64,000 bases of DNA from Mobula hypostoma (lineage: Eukaryota), in contig NW_026948158.1 of NCBI RefSeq assembly GCF_963921235.1, positions 372,001 to 436,000 on the forward strand. Reading direction: 5' to 3'. Below, piece by piece: positions 22,802 through 35,742 of this stretch. The first letter of the stretch is position 1; each line of letters starts with the position of its first letter. A program made the position numbers and the translations under genes. Below the pieces are notes generated by a model. The model did no database searches. It saw nothing but the letters and a program-made list of their open reading frames with translations, and was not told where the DNA came from.

Positions 22802-24611
22802 CACCTCATTCTGAGGGTATTTTCCAAAGTTATGGAGTTCTCATTCAGGGGAAACATTATCCTTGCCGACTGCCTGTCAGATCCTGAAAGAATCTAACAG
22901 ATTTCCTCATGAACTGCAGGGAATGCAGACCCAGCCCACTCACTCTCCTCTCACATAACCAACCTTCCATCCCTGGAACCAGTCAGTGTGGGGAACAGTC
23001 ACTGCACTCCCTCTATTGCAGGGATATCCTTCCTGAGGAAGTGTGACCAAACCTGGACAGCACACTCAAGGTGTGCTCTCACCAGGGTCCTATATAATCC
23101 CAGTGAGACATCTGTACCCCTCTTGTCCAATCCTCCTGGATCACAGGACAAAATACTATTTCCCTATCTCATTACTTGTTGTATCTGCATTTGTTTACAA
23201 GGATGCCCAGGCCCCTCTGAACATCCCCGTGTGGAAATGACTCTTACAGTTTGTTCCTGGGAATGGGTGATCTCACATTTCCCCACATTCTGTTCCATCT
23301 GCCACATCCTCAACCATCCACTCTCCTGTCTACATCCCCCAAACCTTCTCACTACTGACACTGTCCCTCCCACTCTGCCACAGCAGCAGACATAGTCACT
23401 GAGTTATGCAGCACAGAAACAGGCCCTTCAGCCCAACACATCCATGCTGACCAAGTGGCCAAACAAAACCATTGTCAGTCGCCTGCATTTGGCCCATGTC
23501 CCTGTGAAACTTCCCTCTCCACAGTCCAAGAGATATTGCAACTGTGCCCACCTATACCACCACTTGGGGTAGTTTGTTCCATATAAACAGCACATTCTGT
23601 GTACAAAACCTGCTCCTCAGGGTCCCATTTAAATCTTTCCTCTCTCACTTTATATCTGTAATCTCTCGCTTCCAACTCCATAACCCTGGAGATAACAGAT
23701 TCACTATTGACCGTATCTATGACTGCCATTATTTTATCACCTCTCTAACGTCACATACACTCTGGTGAGAAAGGTCCTGGCCTATCCAGCCTCCTGTTAA
23801 ATCATTTTTGCACCCTCTCCAGTTTAATGTCACCCTCTGATCCCAGGGCAACTATAACTGTACTCCGTGCTCCAAGAGTAGTTTCCCCGAGGCTGGTAGA
23901 GCTGTAATGTGCCGTCACAGTCCAGTGCCCGATACTCTGACCGATGAATGCGAGTGTGGCGAACACCTTCTTCACCGTCCTGCCGACCTGTGTTTACACT
24001 CTGAAGGAATTCGATATCTGCACCCCGATATCTCTGTTTTACAGCACTCCCAGGGACAGACCATTCCCCACGGCAGTTCTGCCCTGGTTCGTCAATGACA
24101 ATGGAACATCTCACATTTATCTGTCATTCCTCAAATCACTGACCTCATTGATCACCGTCCTGTTGTAATGTTAGTTACATTTTTCACACTCCACGATATC
24201 ACCAACTTTAGTGACATGGGTAAATTTGCTGAGCTGGTCATTGACATTGTCAGCCGAGTCTTTAATAAATGAACTGCAGCAGCAGACTTGACTGGAATCC
24301 CGACGCCACACTAATGATCACAGGTCTCCAGTCTAAACAATGACTTTGTCTCCGACCACCAGGCCGATATTGTATCCAGTGGTCTCTCCTTCCAGACACG
24401 AGTCTCACCAGTCTGAAGCTCCCGGGCTTTTCCTTGCAGCGACACACACACAATGCTGGAGGAACTCAGCAGGCCAGGCAGCGAGTAAACAGCCGGCGTT
24501 TCAGGCCGAGACCCTCCATCAGCATCTGCACAGTTTCTTGTGTTTAGTTTTCCTTCGATTCTAAGTTACTGCATACCATGACCCATCCTCCAATCCTCTG
24601 CCACTACTCCT

Positions 24612-24800
24612 GCCCGAGAAACGCGCAGAGAGACAGAGGCGGGGAGGGGAGGAGACAGAGTCAGAGTGACGGACAGAGCCGAGAGCGGCCTCTCATCTTC
24701 CAGGTCCGTTTTCACTTTAATACACCCGGTAATTTCCAACGGTTTGTCCGAAACACAGAGCTCCTGAGAGAGAAAAAACTCCCTCACACACCACGTACAC
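24612..24800 (-). repeat. Duplicate of the H4 upstream region lacking the gene
   Basis: First ~70 bp identical to 25702 onward, then colinear to cacacaccacgtaca. Confidence 0.9.
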
Positions 24801-25174
24801 AGTGAAGGATCTCCAGGAATTTACTGGCGGTGGGACTTCTTCGGATCAGAATACAGTGTGAATGGCGCAGGATTAATTTCAAATTGCCCGCCAATTTCAC
24901 AGCAACCTGCAACGGTGCTTGACTACTTTTAAAATTATTTACCATTAATTAGATCATGGATTATACAATGTCAGTTTCATGTTAAAAAAATTAATATCTA
25001 ATTCCCTCAGTTAAGACTTAAATTTATAATTACGGAATCGTTTCTCTAAACGACTGAACTCATTTCTGTCCGAAACGGATAAAAGGATTAAGATCGATCT
25101 TAATGCGTTCAGAGGGTTAGTCGTAATCACCGACTGGAAAGGCAGATTCGCAGAAATATTTCAAGCGGAACCGA

Positions 25175-25633
<459 letters not shown>

Positions 25634-25678
25634 TCACTCAGGTCGCTGCTCACTGACAAACTGACTGTTGCTGTCTCC

Positions 25679-25702
25679 TTTTATACAAAGCGCCCCGACC
25701 AG
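25679..25702 (-). promoter_or_regulatory. H4 core promoter
   Basis: TATAAAA at 25685-25679, preceded by CTGGTCGG, which resembles the H4 subtype element GGTCCG. Confidence 0.7.
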
Positions 25703-26189
25703 CCCGAGAAACGCGCAGAGAGACAGAGGCGGGGAGGGGAGGAGACAGAGTCAGAGTGACGGACAGAGCCGAGACCGGCCTCTCATCGTCCAGCTCCGCC
25801 TTCACTTTACCACAACCGCCAATTTCCAACGATTCATCCGACACAAAGCGCTCCAGCGAAAACAAAACTCCCTCACACACCACGTACATACTAGAGGATT
25901 TCTGTGAATTTGCCGATTCTCTTGCTTTAAATTATAGGAAGCGCTTTTTCATTCCGCAAATCCCCGAGGACCTCGGTCTGTCCCTCTCGGCCCCACGACC
26001 AGTGCGAGCGCCCTCACACATAGCAGTTGGTGGGCGAGGGTGCGGTCACTTCCAGTGATGAGAGGATTGATTCATTAGAAGAATTGTTCCTCTGTGTCGC
26101 CAGGAAAATGAAAGACCGGTCACATACAGGAACAGGATACATAACCAGATATATAGACCGCGCTTCTGGCACTTTCTAAAGCCCAGGTA

Positions 26190-28210
26190 AAGGGGTGGCT
26201 GAGGAGCTGGTGCGAGGTGGGTGGGTCTTCAGGTACAAGGATCATTAGCACTCAAGGGAAACGAGAGCCGGGTCCAAGGAGAAGGGGAGCCAATATGTTT
26301 CCAGGGAGCATTCTTCGTGCTACACGGAAGGGTTTAAACGAGCAGGGATGAGGTCCTGCACAGTGATTTTCGGGAACAAGGTTAAAGAAATCAGGACTTC
26401 CAGGATTGTATTATGACGCAAAGCATGTGGCTGTGGGGTGGGAAATCGATATTTTATGCGGTTTAATTTGTCGCTGAGGAACTGATGCGGGAGGGAGGTC
26501 TTCATGGATCAATGGGCTCCCTTCCAGGCAGGTGGGGGACCGGGACAAACAAGACCATTTGCATCTGAACCGGACGGGAACTAATATCTTCGCCAAGAGG
26601 TTTGATGGTGTCACTTGGCAGAGTTTGAACTGGAGTAGCAAGTGGGAGAATGTATGTATGACAAGACAGACTGAAAAGAACAGCGCTAATGTCAGGCCAA
26701 TATGGTGGGACTGATGGGCTGAAATGAGTTTATTTCCACACTACGAGTGTTACATTAGCAGAGGGACAGGGCTGGCAGCTCAACATTCCTGGGTTTGATT
26801 GTTTTACATGTGAGTGGGGGGTTAAAAGATGCAGAGGTTACCCCACTGGGAATGTCACAGCAAACTGGAAGGCTCATTTACAGAGGCAATCTGCAGTTAC
26901 ACTGATGGGTTTATCGTATTGGTCCCCAATAACTACCGGGAGGTGGAGGATGGGATATGTTGATGCTTATGGAGAGGTGCAGAACAACAGGGTTGTCATA
27001 GAGAGGGACTTCATCTTCCCTGGAAATGACTGGATCTTGCTCAAATGCACAAGATTTGTTCAGTGAATCCAAGGAGTGTTTGAAACCTTATGTGCAGTGC
27101 TCAACCAGAGCTGAGAACAGACAGGAATTAGTTTTGGGAAATGGGCCAGGCCAGCTGACAACCAAGAGTCAGTGAACATTTTGGGAACAGTGATCACAAC
27201 TTTATTTAAAGTTACGAGTAAGAATAAAATTAGATCTTGTATGAAGGCACTAAATTGCAGGAGGGCAAGTCAGGACGGAAGAAGACAGGAACCAAGGGGC
27301 ATTGATTGGGAGCAGCCACTGTCAGACAAGTCCATATCTGACGTGGGAGTTGTTTAAAGACCAGTAACTCTGAGTTCAGGATCAGCATGTTCCAGTGAGG
27401 AGTGAGGAGAAGGATGGTAAGTAAGGGAACTTCGGATGAGCAGAGAGATCCTAAATTTAGTCAGAAGGATATGGAAGGTTTGTGAAGCTAACGTCAGACT
27501 GGGTACCTTTGGAATATAAAGATAGCCGGGAAATGCTCAAGCAGATGACAGGAAAGGCCAAATGGGGCCACAAACTGTCCTTGTGGAGTGGGACCAAAGA
27601 TAATCCCAAGGCCTTGTGGTTTGTATTAATAAGACGAGGATAACCAGAGAATAGAAAGGTCGACTCAAGATTAAAGGAGGAATGTTGTGGTTGAAGTCAG
27701 ACCAAGTGGCTGAGGTACTAAATGAGTACATTGTGTCAGTATCTACTGAGGAGAAGGAATTGAATGACAATGAAAACAGAGTGAGACATGCTAATGTGCA
27801 GAGACATGTTGAGATTAAGGAGGAGGCTGTGCTGGGACATCTGAAAAGCAGTAAGATGGATAAGACTCCAGGGCCTGAAGGCAAATATCCTACAACAGTG
27901 AAAGAAACAAGTGAGCAGATTGCTGGCGATTTGACAACGATCTATGTGTCCTCGATCACAACATGTGAGGTCCCTCAGGATTGGAGTGTCGCAAATGTTG
28001 CAGCTTTGATCAAGAAGGGAAATAACAAGAATCCAGGAATCTATAGGCAAGGCAGCCTCATCTCAGTGGTAGAGAAGCTACTGGGGAGGATATTGAGGCA
28101 CAGGATTTATGCACATTCAGAAAGGCATGGCCTGCTTAGGGACAATCAACATGGTTTTGTGTGGGCAGATCACGCTTGATAAAATTGATTGAGGTTTCTG
28201 AGGAGGTGAC
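26190..28210 (+). mobile_element. Old CR1 LINE (ORF1 esterase to RT start), decayed
   Basis: Translations DHLHLNRTGTNIFA and DKTPGPEG..PQDWSVANVAALIKKG..NQHGFV. Confidence 0.85.
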
Positions 28211-29010
28211 ACAGACTAAGATATAGGAGCAGAATTCGACCATTTGGCCCATCAAGTCTGCTCTGACATTTCATTATGGCTGACCCATTTTTCCTCTCAG
28301 CCCCAGTCTCCTGCCTTTCCCCTGTATCCCTTCATACTCTGACCAATCAAGAATCAATCAACCTCTTCCTTAAATATACATAAAGTCCTGGCTTGACAGC
28401 TTCCTTTGGCAATGAATTCCACAGATTCACCACTCTCTGGCTAAAGGAATTCCTCATCTCCACATTCTACAAGGATGCTCCTCTATTCCGAGGCTGTGTC
28501 CTCTGATATTAGACACTCCGATCTTCTGCACATCCACTTTATCATTGCCTTTCACACTTCGATAGGTTTCAATTGGGCCACTCCTCATTGTTCAAAAATT
28601 CCAGTGAATACAGGCCCAGAGCCATCAAACACTCTTCATGTGGCAACCTGTTTCATCCTGCAATCAACCTGGAGAACTTCCTTTGAAAGCAATCCAGTTT
28701 CAGTCCATCCTTCATGAGAAAAAGGGCCCAAATCTGCTCAAGATACTCCAGTGAGACCTCCCCAGTACTTTATAAAGTCTGATCATTATGATGATTGGCA
28801 CAGATATTGTGGGCCGAAGGGCAGGTTGCCATCTGCTCCATATTGTGTACTCATGAATATGTTTGATCTAACAGCTATTGCAGGGACATGGTTACAGAGA
28901 CTGGGACTGGGAATTCGACATTACACTGTATTCAATGTTCCACACGGAATCGGCAAAATGGAAAAGAGCAGGGTGGATTTGTTCATAACGTGCTCGTGAA
29001 GGAGTGGATA

Positions 29011-30589
29011 CAGTGCCTATAAAAAATGTTCCGTCTCCTCAGAAGTTTTTATGTTTTATTGTTTTGCAATGGATTTAATTTGGCTTTTTTGGCACTGATC
29101 AACAGAAGACTATGGTGTCACAGTGAAAACAGATCTCTACAAAGTGATCTAAATTAATTGTAAATATGAAACAAAATAATTCATTGCCTTTGCATTCACC
29201 TCCTTCAAATCCGTGATCAGTTGGTGCATCTTTGACAGTATTTACAGTTGAGTCTGTGTGGATAGGTGTCTATCAGCTTTGCACATCTGAACACTGCAAT
29301 CTTCCCCATTCTTCTTTACAAAACTGCTGAAGCTCTGTCACAATGCATGGGTTGGTGAGTGAACAGATCTTTTCAAGTCCAGCCACAAATTCTCAATTGG
29401 ATTGAGGTCTGGACTCTCACAAAGCCACTCCAGGACATTAACTTTGTTGTTTTAAGGCATTCCTGTGCAGCTTTGGTTTTATGTTTGCGGTCATTTTCTT
29501 GCTGGAGAATTAATTTTCTCCTAAGTCTCAGTTCTCTTGCAGATTGCATGAGGTTTTCTTCCAGGATTTCCCTGTATTTTGCTGCATTCATTTTACCCTC
29601 TACCTTTACGTGCCTTTCAGGGCCTGCTGCAGTGAAGCATACCCACAGGATGATGCACTCTCCACCACACTTCATGGTAGGGATGGTGTGTTTTTGATGT
29701 TGTGTGGTGTTTGGCTTACTCCAAACTTAGTGTTTGTGATGGTCAAAAAATTCAATTTTGTTTTCATCAGACCATTGAATCTTCTTCCAACTAATTTCAG
29801 AGTCCCCCACGTATTCTGGCAAACTTCAGGCAAGATTTCATGAGAGCATTTTTCAACAGTGGCTTTTTCTCTGCCACTCTCCCATAAAGCTGCGACTGGT
29901 GAAACACCCGGGCAACAGTTGATGTATGCACAATCTCTCCCACCACTGAAGCTTGTAACTCCTCTACAGTTATCATAGGTCTCCTGGTGGCCTCCCCCTC
30001 TGGCCCCTTCTTCCATGGCCACTCAGTTTTTGAGGATAGCCTGCTCTTGGCAGATTTACAGCTGTGCCAAATTCTTCCCACTTCTGGATGAGTGACTTAA
30101 CTATACTCCAAGGGCATTCAGTGACTTGGAAATGTTCTTGTATCCATCTCCTGGCTTGTGTTTTTCAGTTACCTGTTTGCAGAGCAGCTCAGAGTGTTAA
30201 TTTGTCTTCACGGTGTAGTTTCTCCCAGGATACTGACTCACCAGCAGTTGGACCTTCCACTTACAGGTGTACTATTACTACAATCAATTGAAACACCTTG
30301 ACTGCACACGGTCATCTCCAATTAACTGATTATGTAACTTCGAAAACTAATTGGCTGCACCACTGATGATTTGGTGTGTCATATTAATGGGGGTGGATAC
30401 TTGTACAGAAAATTATTTTGTGTTTTAGGTCTGTAATTTTGTAGAGCTTTGTTTTCACTTTGACACGAAAGAGTCTTTTTCCATTGATTAGTTTCAAACA
30501 CAGCCAAATTCAATCTACTGAGATTCAATGTTGTAAACCAATAAAACATGAAAACTTCCAAGGGGTGTGAATACTTTTCATAGGCACTT
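29011..30589 (-). mobile_element. Full-length but dead Tc1-like transposon with ~200-bp TIRs, TA-flanked
   Basis: Ends ta|cagtgcctat...ataggcactt|ta. Transposase fragments GGECIILWVCF..GKMNAAKYREILEENL..QQENDRKH. Length 1579 bp. Confidence 0.92.
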
Positions 30590-32599
30590 TACATGTAGGG
30601 ACAGTGATGGTGAAAGGGGGAGGGAAAGAAGACATGGGGAGGAGTGGCCTCAAGATCCTGAGGTGTGGTCAAAGGCATTCAAGGAAATATTAAATCAAAG
30701 AACATACAAAGAGGCAAGGGCTGGTGGTAGACAAGAGAATCAGGAATTTTCTAGGAACCAGTGATGAGATAAAAGCTAAAAGTAACAAGGAACACGCAGA
30801 GAAGTTAACTCAATAATTTGCATTAGTGTTCACAGTGGGTCACAGCAAACATCCCACAGATATCTAACGGTGACATTTCAACATTGTGCCATAATGTGTA
30901 ACGATCGCCATCACAAGGGAGAAACTAATGGGACTAAAAGCAAACTTTACGAGGTCCCAATGACCTGCACTGGAGGTTTCACAGGAAATCTGGAGAGAAA
31001 GTAGTGACACTGAAGTTTGTCAAAACTCACTGTTACAGAAAGGTCCCAGCGGAGTTGAAAACCATTGCTGAAGAAGAGTGGAAGATAAAAAGCAAGTAAC
31101 TGTAGTCCTGTTAATTTCACTTCAGGTACTAGAATCAATAATCTATGAAGAAATAACAAGTGGTTTGGAAAAGTTTAATGTCATTGAACTAACTCAACAG
31201 GGTCTACAGTCAGATTCACACAGATTCCACGACAACCAAAGTTCCCAACTGAGCTTGTGTCTGTAACCCCCTCAACACCACATTATGAACAAGGTTATCC
31301 TCCTCCTTGTCCCATTTCTCTGCATTTGGCCCAGATACTTCAAAATCTTTCCCTCCCATCTACCTATCCAAGTACCTTTTTAATGTACCTGACTCAACCA
31401 CTCCCCCTCGCAGCTCATTCCATTTACTGACCAGCCTCCAGTTCCCTCATGATTTTATACACCTCTGCAATATCAGCACTCATTCTCCAACATTCCAGGG
31501 GAAATTGTCCGAAACACCTTTCCACAAATCCTTTGAGATCCAGTAACATCCCCGCAAATCTCCTCTGCACTCTTTCCAGCTTAATGGTGTCTGTCATACA
31601 GCAGGGTCACTAAAACTAAACACTATTTGCGAAATGCAGCCAAACCGCCATGTTGTACAACTGCAACATCTCATCCCAGCTTCTGTGTTCCGTGCCTGAC
31701 TGAAGGCCAGTGTTCCAAAAGACTCTTCACCACCCTGTCCATCTGGAACCTGTTTTGGACCCTGTAACCGGGGGTGTTGAATGTTAAGTCAAGTTTAACA
31801 AACATACCAGAGATTTGAGACTTTACAGGGGAAGTTGGAGAAGTGGTGTTCTTGGATTTTCAGGAGCCATTTGCCAAGGTGCCACATGTAAGGCTGGTGC
31901 ACAAGACCAGAGCTCAGTACTGGGAAGGAAGTGTGTTAATACTGACTGAAGACAGTTATCATACTGAGACAGAATAACAGGTCTGTTTCAGACTGGGATG
32001 ATACAAGTACTGCAGTAACGCAGCGACCAGTTCTGGATTGGCTGAGGCTTGGATGGGGCATTATTTGTGTTCAGGAAGGTTTCCTGAAAATATCTGGTCC
32101 ACCAGGGAGGGGAACATTCTTGACTTCACCTTGGGAAATATGGGACTCAGCAGAGTGGTGGCGGGAACAACCAGTGTTCAAAGAGGAATTAGACAAGTCG
32201 TTCAGGGGAAATGACCTGCAGAGCTGTGGGGACAGAGTGGGGAATGGGACTGTGGAAAAGTTGTAGCAGGAGTTGGTATTAACTTGATGAGTCAAATAGT
32301 CTCGATGATCAGAGAATGATTCTCTGCCCAATAATAGTCTGAAAAAATCATTCTGGTCGCCAGTGAATTTTCCAAGATCCAGGATGGACAAGATCAATTG
32401 TGTAATAAGGACACACTTCTGTCGAAACACTGACACTGTATACCAAGCACACTGAGCACAGCACCAGTCAGTGAGGACACAGACCAGTACAACACCCGGC
32501 TGTCTACTACAAAGTTCAAAGCTGACAGTAAATGTATTATCAAAATACATTTCTGTCACCATATACAACCCTGAGATTAGTTTTCTTGTGGGCATACTG

Positions 32600-35085
32600 C
32601 TGGTTTGTTAGAACGGTTGGGGAGGGTTAAACTAATTTGGCAGGGGCGTGGGAACAGGCGTGAAAGGACTCAGGGTAGGACAGATGGTAAAAAAACAAAG
32701 ATCGCATGCAGTCACACTGTCAGGAAGGGCAGGCAGATGATAGGACATAACTGCAGCCAGCAGGGTGAGTATCAGTGCATGAGGGATGCAGAATGAAGAA
32801 GGGTAGCAAATGCAGAACTCAAACTGTTATATCTTAATTCACAGAGTTTCATAAATAAGATGCATAATCTTATTGCCCTATTACGGATGGTCATGTATAA
32901 TGTTGTGACCATCACTGAATCACCGCTGAAGGATGTTTCTAGTTGAGAGCTAAGTGCCTAAGGTGACACGTATCAGAGGGATAGGAAGGTAGACAATGGG
33001 GAGGGCATGGCTCTGCTGGTAAAGAATGGTAACAAATCAGTAGAAAGATGTGACACAGGATCGGAAGATGTTGAATCCTTGTGAGTTGAGGTAAAAAACT
33101 GCAAGTGTAAAAAGGACGTTGATGGCAGTTGTACACAGGTCTTCCAGCAGTTGCTGGGATGTGGAGCACAGATTACAACAGGAAATAGAAAAGGCAGGTC
33201 AAAAGGGCAATGTTGTGGGAGATTTCATCGGAGTCATGGGAGATTTTAACATGCAGGTTGATTGGGAAAATCAGGTTGGAAATAGATCTCAAGAGAGTGA
33301 GTTTGCTGAATGCTGAACAGATGGCTTTTTAGAGCAGTTTGTCATTGAGGTACTAGCGGATCAGCTATACTGGATTATGTGTTATTGAATAAACTGGAGG
33401 TGATTAGGGAGCTGAAGGTAAAAGAACCCTTAGGAGACAGTGATCTCAGTATCACTGAGTTCAGCTTGAAATTGGACAGGGAGAAAGTACAGTCTGACAC
33501 AGCAGTGTTTCAGTGGAGTTAAGGTAGTTACAGTGGTTTGAGAGAGGAGTTGGCTAAAGTAAATTGGAAGGAGATGCTGGCAGGGATGGCAGCAGAGCAG
33601 TGATGGTGTGAGTTTCTGGGAAAATGAGGAAGGTGTAGGATAAATGTATTCAGAAAACAAATAAATACTCAAATAGCAAAATAGTACAACCATGGCTGAC
33701 AAAGGAAGTCAATGCTAATGTAAAACCAAAAGGGAGGACATACAACAAGCAAAAATTATTCAGAATGCAGAGGACTGGGAAGCTTTAACACCTGACAGAG
33801 AGCACCCTAAAGAGGGAAGAGATGAAACATGCAAGCAAGCTGGCAAACATGATCAAAATGGATAGTTTTAGCTTTTTCAAGTACGTAAAAATAAAACAGA
33901 GGTGAGACTGGGTAAAGGACTGCTGGAATATGAGGCCAGGGGAATAATAACGGCGGGGTTTGGGGGGGGGAATACAAGGAAATGGCAGATGAACTAAATG
34001 AGTATTTTGTATCAGTGGAAGATACTAGCAGTGTGCCAGATGCTGAATGGTGTGAGGGAAGAGAAGAGAGTGCGGTATTATTACAAAGGAAAAGGTGCTC
34101 AAAAAGCTGAAAGCCCTGAGGGTTTATAAGTCACCCGGACCAGATGAACTGCACCCCAGGGTTCTGAAAGAGGTAATGCTCCTGACTGACCGTGTGAAGG
34201 AATTGGAGCTGGAGATGGATAGACCTAGAGTTTCCAGGATGCTGAGACCAGAGATTTAGTGGGTTGGTCAAACCTGAGGTCAGGCTGCAAATAGTTTGGT
34301 CACGACCACACCTGGAAAGGGGAAGAGACAAAGAGTGCAATGTCTCCCTGTGGCTGTGACCCTCAGAAACAAGTACACTCCTTTGGATACCCCTGGGAGG
34401 ATGATGAACCAGAGAACAGCAGTCTGTCAGGTCGGTGGTACTGACACCCCGGTCCAATGCTCCGCGGGAGGAACGGTCAAGCAGAGCAGTGATGACAGCA
34501 GACTCACAGTACAGGGGATGTGCAGGAGATTCTGTGGCCGCAGGAGAGATGACACGATGGTGTGTCCCCTCCTGGGTACCAGGGTCAGGCATGTCTCAGA
34601 TGTGCAGAATTTCCAAATGATAATCTTGCCGGTTGAGTCAGTGGTAAGGAAGCCAAATGCAACGTTAGCATTAATTTAGAGAGGACTACAATACAAAAGC
34701 AAGGATGTAATGCTGATGATTGATAAGGCGTTGGTCCGATCACATTTGGAGTATTGTGAACTGTTTTGGGCCCCTTATCTAAAAAGGTACGTGCTCGCAT
34801 AGGAGAGGGTCCAGTCGAGGTTCACAAGAATGATCCTGGCAATAAAAGGGTTAATGCTCGAGGATTGTTTGATGGCTCTGGGCCGAACCTCAATGGACTT
34901 CAGAAGAATGAGGGAATCTCGTTGAAACCGATCAAATATTGAAAGGCCTGGGATGGATGGAGTGAGGAGGGTGTTTCCGATAATGGGGCAGTCTAGGACC
35001 ATAGGCACAGCCTCAGAATAGAAGGACACCCTGTTGGAACAAAGATGAGGAGTAATTTCCTCAGTAAAGGTAGTGAATCTGTGAA
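32600..35085 (+). mobile_element. Decayed CR1 LINE(s), endonuclease through 3' region, rearranged
   Basis: VMGDFNMQVDWENQ, KSPGPDELHP and 3' motifs. Confidence 0.8.
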
Positions 35086-35089
35086 GCCT

Positions 35090-35742
35090 ATGTCAGGATG
35101 TTGTTCATTGACTAGAGCTCAGCATTTAACACCATCATTCCCACAGTCCTGATTACTAAGCTACAGAACCTGGTCCCTCTGCAGTTGGATCCTCAACTTC
35201 CTAACCGGGAGACCACAATCTGTGCAGACTGGTGATAATTAGATTGTGTGGATTAATGGAGTCGGGCTAACCCCTATTGACATCAATGGATCCCGGGTTA
35301 AGAGGGTAAACAGCTTTAAGTTCCTCGGCATCAATATTACTGAGCTCACATGGTCTATACATACAGGCTGTGTGGTGAAAAAGGCACAACAGCGTCACTT
35401 TCACCTCAGATAGTTGAGGAAGTTTGCTATGGACCCCCAAATCCTAAGAACTTTCTACAGGGGCACAATTGAGAGCATCCTGACTGGCTGCATCACTGCC
35501 TGATATGGGGACTGTATCTCCCTTAATCGCAGGACTCTGTAGAAAGTGGTGTGGACAGCCCAGCACATCTGTAGTTGTGAACTTCACATGATTCACGACA
35601 TTTACAAAGACAAGTGTGAGAAAAGAGCCTGAAGGATCATTGGGGACCCGAGTCACCCCAACCACAATCTGTTCCAGCTGCAACCATCCAGGAAATGGTA
35701 CCGCAGCATAAAAGCCAGGACCAACAGGCTCCGGGACAGCTT
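35090..35742 (+). mobile_element. Rex1/Babar-type LINE 3' part (resumes at ~37631-37800 after a CR1 insertion)
   Basis: SAFNTII and FYRGTIESILTG motifs. The sequence gacagctt|...|ttccaccaggcc is split by the CR1 (compare the uninterrupted form at ~46780-46800). Confidence 0.8.
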
